Below are positions 1 to 9,047 of a stretch of DNA of 64,000 nt, piece after piece. Numbering within the stretch: position 1 is the stretch's first letter; each line of letters begins with the position of its first letter. The notes below the pieces were generated by a model, which worked only from the letters and a program-made list of their open reading frames with translations, searched no databases and was not told where the DNA came from. The position numbers and the translations under genes were made by a program. Origin of the DNA: Candidatus Babeliales bacterium (lineage in GTDB: Bacteria; Babelota; Babeliae; Babelales; JACPOV01); assembly GCA_050250855.1 (NCBI GenBank), contig JBFWNW010000002.1, positions 210,719 through 274,718 on the forward strand, in the 5' to 3' direction.

Positions 1-373
1 TGAAGAATGAATCTTTTTTAACTAAGTGAAGCAAGCTATATATTAAATAAAAAACCAAGATGCCGGCTATAATATGGAAGCTAATATTAAATAAGCGATA
101 ATAAAAAGGCTTAAACATACCCAAGCGATAATTAACGGCATTAAGCCAAAAGGGGATCCAGCGCGTGCTGGTGAAAAATGCTTGGTCAAACGTTAAGTGG
201 CGAATGGAGAAATACTTTTGAATATTTGCTACATCATCAAACTGGAAATTATAATTGAGCGAAGGATAATAAAAAAGTCCTGTTAAAAAAGAAAGCACAA
301 CGGGAGGAATAATCCAATAAAGCCATGATGAAATTTTACCCGAACTGCTTTGTAGAATAGTTGTTTTTTCCAT
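1..373 (-). CDS. Partial (runs off window) membrane GT-C glycosyltransferase, TMTC/PMT-like
   Basis: Not in ORF track; manual translation from ATG 373 (AGGAG RBS upstream): MEKTT...GLFYYPSLNYNFQFDD...YYRLFNISFHIIAGILVF. TM helix followed by FxFDD and an N-x3-H motif, typical of TMTC-type GT-C N-termini. Confidence 0.6.
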   Translation of the reverse strand, partial: MEKTTILQSSSGKISSWLYWIIPPVVLSFLTGLFYYPSLNYNFQFDDVANIQKYFSIRHLTFDQAFFTSTRWIPFWLNAVNYRLGMFKPFYYRLFNISFHIIAGILVFYLIYSLLHLVKKDSFF

Positions 374-529
374 TGCATCTCCTTTTTGAGAATATGGATT
401 ATGTTTTTCTAATAGCTAAAGCTTAGTCTACTGAACTCATCAATCTTGTCGAGCTCTTTTTTTATAGCGCGTTTGACCTGAATGGTTCTTTGTTTTACAC
501 TAAAAGAAGTTTTTTAAGGAATAAAAATT

Positions 530-1231
530 ATGATAAATCTTCGTTTAATTCAAGACGTTAATTGGTTGATCGCCGTTTTACTTGCCTACACTTTTAGCGC
601 TACAACGGCCGGATATTTTCAAGCATGGGCTGCACGTAAACTGGGTGATTCTGCTCCAGAACAAGAAGGATTTTTGACCTGGTCACCTTTGGTGCACATA
701 GATCCTCTTGGCGCATTCTGTTTATTATTTTTTGGCATAGGGTGGGGCAAATTTATGCCACTCCATCCAGAGCATCTGCGCAGTAAATTTCGCGTATTGT
801 TGCTATTTTTAGCAAAGCCTGCTGCGTATATGGGTATTGCATTTTTTGCATTACTTTCCTTATTGCGCTTTTTTGGACTCCATGCATTATCAGTTGTTTT
901 ATATATGATTAGCGCAGAATCAATGTCTCTGCGTCCCTTGGCAGAGTTGTATCCAACACATTCTTCATTTACATTAGCACTAGCGCTTATTCTTTTTATG
1001 TTGGTCTACATAGGGATTCTATTTGCAGTTCTTAATTTAATTATAGGATGTTTGCGTTTTTTAACCTTTACTTCACTCGAGCGCTATTTTAATCTACAGG
1101 AAGGTGATTTTGCTTCCTTACTTCTTTCTTTTTTGTTAATTTTATTATTAGCGCGTCCCTTAAAATTACTGGTTGTTTATACAATCTATACACTGGCTTA
1201 TTATGGAGCCCCTTTTATAGGAGCAATGTAA
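530..1231 (+). CDS. Site-2 protease (M50, YwhC-like) homolog, apparently lacking catalytic motifs
   Basis: AWAARKLGD...LTWSPLVHIDPLG...GWGK matches M50 YwhC-type motifs; HExxH and NLxPxxxLDG are absent. Confidence 0.7.
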   Translation: MINLRLIQDVNWLIAVLLAYTFSATTAGYFQAWAARKLGDSAPEQEGFLTWSPLVHIDPLGAFCLLFFGIGWGKFMPLHPEHLRSKFRVLLLFLAKPAAYMGIAFFALLSLLRFFGLHALSVVLYMISAESMSLRPLAELYPTHSSFTLALALILFMLVYIGILFAVLNLIIGCLRFLTFTSLERYFNLQEGDFASLLLSFLLILLLARPLKLLVVYTIYTLAYYGAPFIGAM

Positions 1232-1232
1232 C

Positions 1233-2429
1233 GTGACTGACTATGAAAAGCAGTTTCAAACATTAAAAGCTGGCACTGCGCAGGTAGTTCCAGAAACTGA
1301 ATTTTTGAAAAAATTAAAAAAAGGTAAAAAATTACGTATAAAACTTGGCATGGATCCCACAGCGCCAGATTTGCATTTGGGCCATGCAGTTGTGCTTTCT
1401 AAAATGCGTGAGTTTCAAGATTTAGGACATGAAGTAATTTTTTTAATTGGTGATTTTACAGCGCGTATCGGTGACCCAACAGGAAAATCAAAAACGCGTC
1501 CTCCTTTAACCGAAGAAGAAATTGCACGTAATACTGCCACCTATTTTGAACAAGTAAGTCGCATTTTAGATCCTAAAAAAGTTTCTATTCGCTTTAATGC
1601 AGAATGGCTTGATAAACTTTCTGCAAAAGATATTATCAACATAACTTCAAAAATTACGGTAGCGCAGCTTATTGAGCGTGAAGATTTTGCTAATCGTATC
1701 AAAAAGCATGAGCCTATTAGTTTTCATGAACTGTTGTATCCTCTTTGCCAGGCGTATGATTCTGTAGAATTAAAAGCAGATGTTGAACTTGGTGGTACTG
1801 ACCAAACATTTAATTTATTAATGGGGCGCGATTTGCAAGAACGCTTTGGGCAAGAGGGGCAAGTTATTATGACGCTGCCAATTTTAGAGGGGCTTGATGG
1901 CGTACAAAAAATGTCAAAATCATTGGGCAATTATGTTGGTCTTGCAGAACAGGCTTCACAAGCATTTGGTAAATTGATGTCAATGCCCGATAGTATAATG
2001 TGGCGTTATTTAAAATTGTTACTTGCAATGCCAGATGCAGAAGTTAGCCGCTTGCAAGAGCAAGTTGCTGCTGGTACTACGCATCCCATGGCACTCAAAA
2101 AGAAAATGGCGCATGATATTATTGCAAAATTTTGGTCACCAGATCAGGCAGTTGAAGCTGAACGCCAATTTGAAGCGGTATTTCAGCAGCGTGATTATTC
2201 AAAAGCAACAGAATTTGTTATGCCGGCAGATTCACCAAACCCGATCTGGATTATTGAGCTTATGAAACTACTCGGCACTATAGATTCATCTTCACAAGGC
2301 CGCCGATTAGTGCAAGAAGGTGCTGTAAAAATTGATGAGAAAAAAGTAGCTGATGTACAAGAAAAAATTCATTGGCGCACTGGCATGCAGGTAAAGATTG
2401 GGAAACATCATATTTTTAAACTGATGTGA
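1233..2429 (+). CDS. tyrS: Tyrosine--tRNA ligase
   Basis: GMDPTAPDLHLGH (HIGH), GGTDQ, KMSKS, C-terminal S4-like domain; GTG start. Confidence 0.97.
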   Translation: MTDYEKQFQTLKAGTAQVVPETEFLKKLKKGKKLRIKLGMDPTAPDLHLGHAVVLSKMREFQDLGHEVIFLIGDFTARIGDPTGKSKTRPPLTEEEIARNTATYFEQVSRILDPKKVSIRFNAEWLDKLSAKDIINITSKITVAQLIEREDFANRIKKHEPISFHELLYPLCQAYDSVELKADVELGGTDQTFNLLMGRDLQERFGQEGQVIMTLPILEGLDGVQKMSKSLGNYVGLAEQASQAFGKLMSMPDSIMWRYLKLLLAMPDAEVSRLQEQVAAGTTHPMALKKKMAHDIIAKFWSPDQAVEAERQFEAVFQQRDYSKATEFVMPADSPNPIWIIELMKLLGTIDSSSQGRRLVQEGAVKIDEKKVADVQEKIHWRTGMQVKIGKHHIFKLM

Positions 2430-2648
2430 TTCTTGCTACTTTTTTTTAATTCATGCTAGGATGACAAAGATAGTTTCACACTCATAACCCAAAGGAGATA
2501 GTGTTATGAAATTTTTCCGTAGTTTATCCTTTATTGCCTTTTTGGCAGTAGCTTGTGTTCATGCAGGAGAAGCACAAAGACTTTCTGGTGAATTAAAACA
2601 ATTGGATATGCAACTTGATGGCTTGACCCAGTCTCTTAATAAATTGGG
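2422..2648 (+). repeat. Direct repeat copy 1 (promoter + RBS + first ~47 codons); copy 2 at ~3349-3576
   Basis: tgatgtgattcttgc...tcatgctaggatgacaaagatagtttcacactcataacccaaaggagatagtgttATGAAATTTTTCCGTAGTTTATC... is near-identical in both copies; contains a TTGCWA-18-TGcTAGGAT promoter-like motif. Confidence 0.9.
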
Positions 2649-3228
2649 AGAGGTGAAGTCAGAGCCTAAGAAAGCACCAAGAAATGTTTTTGAGCCTAAG
2701 CAACAAGTTATATTAAATGTAGAAAAACTACATTATATAATTTCATCTGAAGCTACTAAGTCATTGCTTGATGTTTTCCGTCAAGGATTAGCTGTGAATC
2801 CAATGCTAGCTTGGACTGATTTAAATAACATTCAAGCATCTGATAATTATGAAAAACCTATTGTTTTGATTCAAGCAATGGGAGATAAAAATGCATTATT
2901 TACACCTGCGCATAGTGGTGGATATTCTGCTATAACAGAAAAAATATTAGATGTTAATCATAAGACAAAAAAACCTATTTTTATTATTTTGTCATCTAAA
3001 ATTCCTGCAATTCAATCTAATGTTGAATGGTTTAAAAAAACACTTGCAGATCAGCTTAACGAACAAGATCATAAGAGCTTTGTAGCGAATGGAGGCACTA
3101 TTTACTTCTTTACAACTAATGATGCTTTTTCAGAAATAATTAATTTTATGGATAATAACAGTTTCACAGATTATAATCAAAAGCAATTTAATGAAATTCA
3201 TCAGCAGCTTAAATCAGAAGTATTATAA
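2506..3228 (+). CDS. Secreted hypothetical protein (signal peptide + heptad coiled coil + alpha/beta domain)
   Basis: AGGAG RBS; MKFFRSLSFIAFLAVACVHA signal; paralog of 3434..4174. Confidence 0.8.
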   Translation: MKFFRSLSFIAFLAVACVHAGEAQRLSGELKQLDMQLDGLTQSLNKLGEVKSEPKKAPRNVFEPKQQVILNVEKLHYIISSEATKSLLDVFRQGLAVNPMLAWTDLNNIQASDNYEKPIVLIQAMGDKNALFTPAHSGGYSAITEKILDVNHKTKKPIFIILSSKIPAIQSNVEWFKKTLADQLNEQDHKSFVANGGTIYFFTTNDAFSEIINFMDNNSFTDYNQKQFNEIHQQLKSEVL

Positions 3229-3252
3229 AATTAAGATCTTTTATTTTATGTC

Positions 3253-3284
3253 AATGGGACCCCTACTAGGTCCCATTTTTTTTT
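3253..3284 (+). terminator. Rho-independent terminator
   Basis: aatgggacc-cctacta-ggtcccatt followed by a T run. Confidence 0.8.
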
Positions 3285-3348
3285 CTAGATAAAGGTTCTT
3301 TTTTCATTTTTTGTATTAAAACTTACCAGAGATTTTTATAGCAGGAAT

Positions 3349-3576
3349 TGATGTGATTCTTGCAACTTTTTTTTAATTCATGCTAGGATGACAAAAGATA
3401 GTTTCACACTCATAACCCAAAGGAGATAGTGTTATGAAATTTTTCCGTAGTTTATCTTTTATTGTTTTTCTGGCAACTGCCTGCGCTCATGCTGGTGAAG
3501 CACAAAGACTTTCTGGTGAATTAAAAAATTTAAATATGCAATTGGATGGCTTGAATGATTCTCTTGGCAAATTAGG
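3349..3576 (+). repeat. Direct repeat copy 2 of 2422-2648
   Basis: Same promoter/RBS/N-terminal coding block. Confidence 0.9.
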
Positions 3577-4174
3577 TATGATGCCAACTAGAACGCCAAA
3601 AGAAGAGCCAAAAGAAAAGTCTGCATATGAACGACAAATGGAGCTAGAAAGAGAGAGAGAAGAAAGAGAAAGTAAAAAAGAAGTGGCAGTTTTGGCTACA
3701 CAAGCAGATCAACAATCAGCAACCGATATTGTTAAACAATTGCCGGATTTAAAAATTCAATTTAACGCATCTCCTAAATCTGTAATACCTCCTCATCTTG
3801 CTAATAATAAAGATTATGCTTTAGTTTTTTTATTTGATAAAGATGTTCCGTATATTCAAGAAGAAGAACATGAACAACAAAAAGCAACTATTGCAGCTGT
3901 AGTTGAACATTTTAAAAAGAATTATAAAGATTTGATAGAGAAATCTGCAAGTAGTATAACAAATCCTATATATGTTTTCTTTAGTGACAGAGTTTCTCAG
4001 CTCTATTCTTCAAATCTAGAAAGAGCATTGAAGAATGATTTAGAATTAGGAAAAATATTTACTCCAAAAAGACTAGAGCATTTTCAAATAATTACCCCAG
4101 AAGGGGGCAATTATAAGCTTAGTCAAAATGCGGTGCAAACTATATACAGTTTTGTACAGCAGTTTGAAAAATAA
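3434..4174 (+). CDS. Secreted hypothetical protein, paralog of 2506..3228
   Basis: Shared N-terminal ~48 aa, divergent C-terminus. Confidence 0.8.
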   Translation: MKFFRSLSFIVFLATACAHAGEAQRLSGELKNLNMQLDGLNDSLGKLGMMPTRTPKEEPKEKSAYERQMELEREREERESKKEVAVLATQADQQSATDIVKQLPDLKIQFNASPKSVIPPHLANNKDYALVFLFDKDVPYIQEEEHEQQKATIAAVVEHFKKNYKDLIEKSASSITNPIYVFFSDRVSQLYSSNLERALKNDLELGKIFTPKRLEHFQIITPEGGNYKLSQNAVQTIYSFVQQFEK

Positions 4175-4194
4175 AATTAATTTTTATTTTTACT

Positions 4195-4220
4195 AAAAGG
4201 AGCCTATACAGGCCCCTTTT
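4195..4220 (+). terminator. Probable terminator hairpin
   Basis: aaaaggagcct-atac-aggcccctttt. Confidence 0.55.
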
Positions 4221-4238
4221 AACCTCTAGGGGAATAGT

Positions 4239-5360
4239 ATGAAAAAACTTCTTCTCTTTTTATCAATAACTTCTCTTTATGCAGCGGAAATGCCGGATAT
4301 TTCTGGTTTGCAGCAAGAACTGAATACATTAAATAATGAACTTGGAAATTTATCACAAAAATTGCAAGTAACGCAGCAATCACGGTTTGCTCCACCTCCA
4401 ATAATTCAACCAGCGCCAACTGGTGGTTCTGAAAAACCAGCGCCAAGCGGCCAACCTGGCCCGCAAAGAGGGGGGCAGCAGCAAGCGATGCCGGTTATTT
4501 ATAATGATGAGAGTTATTTTAACCAAAAATTTCCTGAGTTAGCACAACAAGTTGGATTGCAAAACTATACAGGCTATAATATTACCAATATAGCAAATGT
4601 TCCTAATTCAGATAAAGCAATAATACTTATTAATGCACAGAACAATTATGCTGTAGGATCTGCACTTACTAAACAAGTAGTTGCAGAGATTACGAAAAAA
4701 ATCAAATATCCTATTGCTATCGGTATTTCAAATCAATCTTTTGACCCAGCTTGGTTATCAGACCGCATAAAAGAAGGAAAAGTCCTTATCGTTGATACAA
4801 ACAATTTTAGCCAAGATAATAAAAATGAAATTTCTTATTATGTTCACAAACCATTAGTATCTACAGGCTCAATTCCCGTTTATTTTTCGTTTCTTGGAGA
4901 GTATGAAGCTATGAAAATATTAAAACAATTAGTGCCGGGTATTGAGAAAAATTTGGGAAATTTTGTTGAAATAGAATCAGGAACAAAAGCGCCAGCTGTA
5001 AACTTTACTCAAGCACAAAAAGGTATTTATATTGGAAAGATTAGAACTCGCGGCGCTGACCATGCGCTACATACTAATACCCCAAGCAGATTAAATAACT
5101 TTATTAATGCATATCAAACACCAATTGCTATTGTTATATACGCCGGAGCAGGTGAATTTAATGTTGAACTAGGTAATATTAAAGATATAGCAAAGAAAAT
5201 ATTAGAAGAAGGTCTTAAAGCAAAAGGAATCCTATCTATAACTCAAAATTTCGAAAACTTTCATGGTTTTGCTTTTGAATTAGACAAGGGCAATGTAGTA
5301 ACAAGTCCTTCATATGCTAAAACAAGAATTGAAGAGCTCAAAAAACTTTTGGGTAACTAA
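4239..5360 (+). CDS. Secreted hypothetical protein (signal, coiled coil, P/G/Q linker, probably two alpha/beta domains)
   Basis: MKKLLLFLSITSLYA signal; ISGLQQELNTLNNELG shared with 5421..6119. Confidence 0.8.
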   Translation: MKKLLLFLSITSLYAAEMPDISGLQQELNTLNNELGNLSQKLQVTQQSRFAPPPIIQPAPTGGSEKPAPSGQPGPQRGGQQQAMPVIYNDESYFNQKFPELAQQVGLQNYTGYNITNIANVPNSDKAIILINAQNNYAVGSALTKQVVAEITKKIKYPIAIGISNQSFDPAWLSDRIKEGKVLIVDTNNFSQDNKNEISYYVHKPLVSTGSIPVYFSFLGEYEAMKILKQLVPGIEKNLGNFVEIESGTKAPAVNFTQAQKGIYIGKIRTRGADHALHTNTPSRLNNFINAYQTPIAIVIYAGAGEFNVELGNIKDIAKKILEEGLKAKGILSITQNFENFHGFAFELDKGNVVTSPSYAKTRIEELKKLLGN

Positions 5361-5420
5361 TTTCTAGAGAGGGATGAAGAAGCCTTTTTTCATCCCCCCG
5401 CCATTTTTTGAAAGGTACGT

Positions 5421-6119
5421 ATGAAAAAACTTTTGCTTTTCTTTTCTCTTTTTTCTTTGCATGCAGCAGAAATGCCGAATATTTCTGGTTTGCAGCAAGA
5501 GCTGAATACATTAAATAATGAACTTGGAAAATTATCAAAAAAATTAGAGGCAACGCAGCATCCGCAGGTTACTCCGCCGCCAACAGGTCACCTAGGTCCT
5601 AAAGGAGGTCAGCAGCAAAAAATTCAAGTGCTGTTTCACGGCACCGATATAAATAATGCTCAAACATTTTTTAACCAGTTTGGCTTGCAGGGTAACTTTG
5701 AGTTTCTAAAATTACAAGATAATCTTAATATTATACAACCTGCACAAAAGGGTATTATATTGGTAAATTTTTCGGCAGGAAGGCAAAGAAATGTATTACC
5801 TTTAGAGCAAGATTTAAAAAAGAGTATAGATTTCTTTGATCAGCCTATTATTATTATGGTAAAACCAGGAACTGCTCAAAATCTGCAGCCATACGATGGC
5901 CCTGTGGCAAAAATTGCACAAGAAAAGATTGCGGATACTGATAGCTCAAAATATTCTGACCAAGAAAATAAAAAAAGAATGGAAGAGGCATTAAAAAATC
6001 CAAAAGTAGCAAATATTAAAGGCTTTGGCTTTTGGTATACTCCTGACTTTACTATAATCAAGCAAGAAGATGATGCATATCAAAATAAAATCGATCAGCT
6101 CAAAAAACTTCTGCAGTAA
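5421..6119 (+). CDS. Secreted hypothetical protein, paralog of 4239..5360
   Basis: Shared N-terminus, and C-terminal I-x-(E/Q)-LKKLL. Confidence 0.8.
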   Translation: MKKLLLFFSLFSLHAAEMPNISGLQQELNTLNNELGKLSKKLEATQHPQVTPPPTGHLGPKGGQQQKIQVLFHGTDINNAQTFFNQFGLQGNFEFLKLQDNLNIIQPAQKGIILVNFSAGRQRNVLPLEQDLKKSIDFFDQPIIIMVKPGTAQNLQPYDGPVAKIAQEKIADTDSSKYSDQENKKRMEEALKNPKVANIKGFGFWYTPDFTIIKQEDDAYQNKIDQLKKLLQ

Positions 6120-6798
6120 TCTCTGAATGATTTTTTGTAGCCTGCGTTATGTGCAAAAAATTCTCCACCGCATCCATATGTTTTTTTAATTCTTGCGCAT
6201 CCGTTTCAAACTCTTTATTGCAATCAAGTACTAAAACAGGAACTTCTTTTAATTCTGGTAAAATTCCCGATTTTTCTATTAAAAAGCTTTCATGATGCTC
6301 ATGAATTTGCTGCAAATAGGCAAAGGTAATCTTTTTTTCTGCCAGGCGGTTACGCTTTTTAATGCGCTTGTAAGCAACTTCCGGGTCTGTCTGTAAATAA
6401 ATAAATCCCTGCGGCGCTTTGCATTTTTGTGGAATTAAAAAATTGAACCACTGGTTATACAGTTCCCATTCAAGATCACTCATAAAACCATGTTTGTAAC
6501 CATTGAGCGAAAAGCAATAATGCCCAGAATAGATAGAACGTTCAATAACATGGTGAGGATTGGGATGTTCTTGATCTTTTAAGTGCTCTTTAACGCGGCA
6601 CATCATGGCAAATGTTTCTAAACTATAAGACCAGCGTTGTGGGTTTTGATAAAAATTAGCAAGCAACGATTGCCCGTATACTTTTTTCTGCCAATTATGC
6701 AGCGGCTCTTGCGCAATATTTACATAAGGAAGATGCTGTGCAATAAGGTTCAAAAATGTTGATTTTCCCGCGCCAATGTTGCCTTCAAGAATATACAT
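6100..6798 (-). CDS. Deoxynucleoside kinase (dCK/dGK family)
   Basis: LEGNIGAGKST P-loop, EP..W, ERSIYS, RIKKRNR..E lid. Confidence 0.92.
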   Translation of the reverse strand: MYILEGNIGAGKSTFLNLIAQHLPYVNIAQEPLHNWQKKVYGQSLLANFYQNPQRWSYSLETFAMMCRVKEHLKDQEHPNPHHVIERSIYSGHYCFSLNGYKHGFMSDLEWELYNQWFNFLIPQKCKAPQGFIYLQTDPEVAYKRIKKRNRLAEKKITFAYLQQIHEHHESFLIEKSGILPELKEVPVLVLDCNKEFETDAQELKKHMDAVENFLHITQATKNHSEITAEVF

Positions 6799-6869
6799 AA
6801 AAATCCCTGGAGTTTAATATTTAAGTGTTTTTAGTATAAGGATTTTTAAAGAATTGTTAATGAAAAATG

Positions 6870-7424
6870 TTACTTTTTTACCACCGCAATGCGTTGCTCA
6901 ATTTTTTTTGGCTCTGCCTTCTGAAAAGTAATAGTTAAGGTATCATGCTCATATTCTGCTTTGATATCCTCAAACTGAATTTCTGCTGGTAAAGCTTGGC
7001 GTACTACTGATGAGCCGTAGCTGTAATAGCTTGCAACCTGTTTTCCATCTTCAGTCTTTTCTTCTTTTTGTTCATGCTTACGTTCATACGCGATGGTAAA
7101 AGGGGTTACTACTATTTCTAAAAAACCATGTGCTCCAGGTACCGTAATACGAACATATTCCTCTTTTTGTTCGAGTACTTTTTTAATGTCTATTTTTTCA
7201 TGGTCAATGTCGGGAGCTTTAATACTTAAAGAAAGCGTTGCGTCATCAAGGCGAATGTACGGAGCATTATCTGCTTTTGGTTGTGTAAAAAGATCTTTCA
7301 TAAGATCTTCAATTTCATGATGAATGCGCATGCAGCGTGTATTAAAACTATCAAAATCATGAGCACAGGTTACTGATGGTGCTAAAAAAAGAAAAGCAAA
7401 TACAGAAAGGCTTTGTTTGAGCAT
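6870..7424 (-). CDS. Hsp20/alpha-crystallin domain protein with N-terminal signal peptide
   Basis: SYGSSVVRQALPAEIQFEDIKAEYEHDTLTITFQK plus C-terminal IAV (IxI/V) motif. Confidence 0.75.
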   Translation of the reverse strand: MLKQSLSVFAFLFLAPSVTCAHDFDSFNTRCMRIHHEIEDLMKDLFTQPKADNAPYIRLDDATLSLSIKAPDIDHEKIDIKKVLEQKEEYVRITVPGAHGFLEIVVTPFTIAYERKHEQKEEKTEDGKQVASYYSYGSSVVRQALPAEIQFEDIKAEYEHDTLTITFQKAEPKKIEQRIAVVKK

Positions 7425-7566
7425 AAAAGGCCTCCGGTTTTAGATATATTAGATTAATCGTTTATAGTTCGATTATAGTGAAAATAGTGCTATATTTCAA
7501 TAGTTTTTGGTTTCTTATTATTGCATTCTCCTCTATACTATTTGTAAACCTTTAGAGAGGAATAGC

Positions 7567-8304
7567 ATGGCAAAAAAATTAGATAAAAATACGGAAGTTA
7601 TATACGGAGCGCATCCTATTATAGAGTTGCTTAAAGCAAAAAAGCGACGTCTTTTAGAGTTATATACCAGCAAGCCGGTTCCAAAAGCTTTTAAAAAAAT
7701 TGAATCTTTGTTGCCAAAAGGGTTGCCAGTTTCTTATGTTAATCGAGATAGATTAACTGCTTTGGCTGGTACTACAGAGCATCAAGGTGTCGTTGGTCTA
7801 ACAACGCCTTGCATTATAAGAAAAAAATTTTTTGAACCAGACAAGCAACCGTTTTTACTTATGCTTGATGGTATTCAAGATCCTCGTAATCTTGGTGGCA
7901 TTTTGCGTTCTGCCTATTGCACGGGTGTTGATGGTGTTATTATTACGCAAAAAGCAAGTGCACCACTTAATGCAGCAGCATTTAAAGCTTCAGCTGGGTT
8001 AGCTGAGTATTTAGATATTTATTATGCGCCTTCGGCAAAAGCTGCGGTGTTGCAGTTAAAGCAAGTCGGTTATGCAATATATCTTTCCATGCTTTCTGAT
8101 AAAGCAAAAACTGTTACCGATGTTACTTTTAAACAACCACTTTGTATTGTTATTGGTAGCGAAGAAATGGGAATTTCTTCTGATATTAAAGCAGATGGCC
8201 AGGCAATTATTGTACCGCAAAAAAAGGCGGATATTTCTTATAATGCTTCGGTTGCTTCTGGTATTTTGTTGTTTTTAGCTGCTACGCAGTTGGAGCGGAT
8301 ATAG
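7567..8304 (+). CDS. rlmB: 23S rRNA G2251 2'-O-methyltransferase (TrmH/SpoU family)
   Basis: YGAHP, HQGV, LDGIQDPRNLGGILRSA, GSEEMG, SYNASVA motifs; ATG 7567 preferred start. Confidence 0.9.
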   Translation: MAKKLDKNTEVIYGAHPIIELLKAKKRRLLELYTSKPVPKAFKKIESLLPKGLPVSYVNRDRLTALAGTTEHQGVVGLTTPCIIRKKFFEPDKQPFLLMLDGIQDPRNLGGILRSAYCTGVDGVIITQKASAPLNAAAFKASAGLAEYLDIYYAPSAKAAVLQLKQVGYAIYLSMLSDKAKTVTDVTFKQPLCIVIGSEEMGISSDIKADGQAIIVPQKKADISYNASVASGILLFLAATQLERI

Positions 8305-8410
8305 GTATATATTGATTTATTTTTAGATATATTTTTGAGTTTCACGGTTTTTATGCGGGCCATTTTTTTTGTTAATTTTGTTTATTATATTTTTTTAAGT
8401 ATTTAATTAT

Positions 8411-8880
8411 CTCATGGCCCTTACCCAGGGCGGGGCCAGCCCCTTTTGCTTGTACAAAAGGGCTGGACAAAAATACACCAACATGCTGTTGGATCCGCTT
8501 GCTCGCTCAGACATCAACCACTCATCCTTCGGCTTCAGGTCGATGATTCGCTACCGGAGTGAATGTATAAAAAATAGTTTAATGCACCTTGACCCTTCGA
8601 TACAATTTCGATTTCATCGAAATCACTCCCTTCGACAAGCTCAGGACAGGCAGGGTGAGCGCACAGAACTATACTTAGTATCAAAAATAAGAAATTTACA
8701 TAAATGAATTCATTATAACGCGCTCATCTTGAGTGTTTTTCCGTTAGGAAAAATGTATCAGCCTGCCCGGCGAAGCTTTTTAGTCCGAAGAAGTTTTTAA
8801 CGAAGGCGGATTATGCGAAGCCTGGGAAAGATAAAGCGCTTGAAAAGAGGCTGGTCCCGTCCCGGAGAGGGACTGGTAAG
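8411..8880. repeat. Composite palindromic-repeat element (locus A) with imperfect ~37 bp inverted ends and nested REP-like units
   Basis: Left end ctcatggcccttacccagggcggggccagcccctttt resembles the reverse complement of 8843-8880 and of 17633-17668; 8731-8854 matches 17521-17644 (6 differences in ~124 bp) and, inverted, 12180-12262. Confidence 0.85.
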
Positions 8881-9047
8881 ATATACAAAAAACAAAATGA
8901 TTATTAAATTCCCTTAAAACCAAATTTACCTTAAAAAATGAACACAACTTCTGAGCTTTCTTTAATATTATTGACTCCTTAAGCACAAAACTGTTATGAA
9001 CATGGTAGCAGACTATAAAAAGAGGGGCTTTAAAAAAGGGATAGTCA

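Noticed and set aside
8414..8707. 97 aa ORF (also 8780-9070, 17120-17396, 26224-26421, 26531-26725, 38313-38513)
   Set aside because: They run through GC-rich palindromic repeats, lack recognisable motifs or RBS, and are best explained as spurious.
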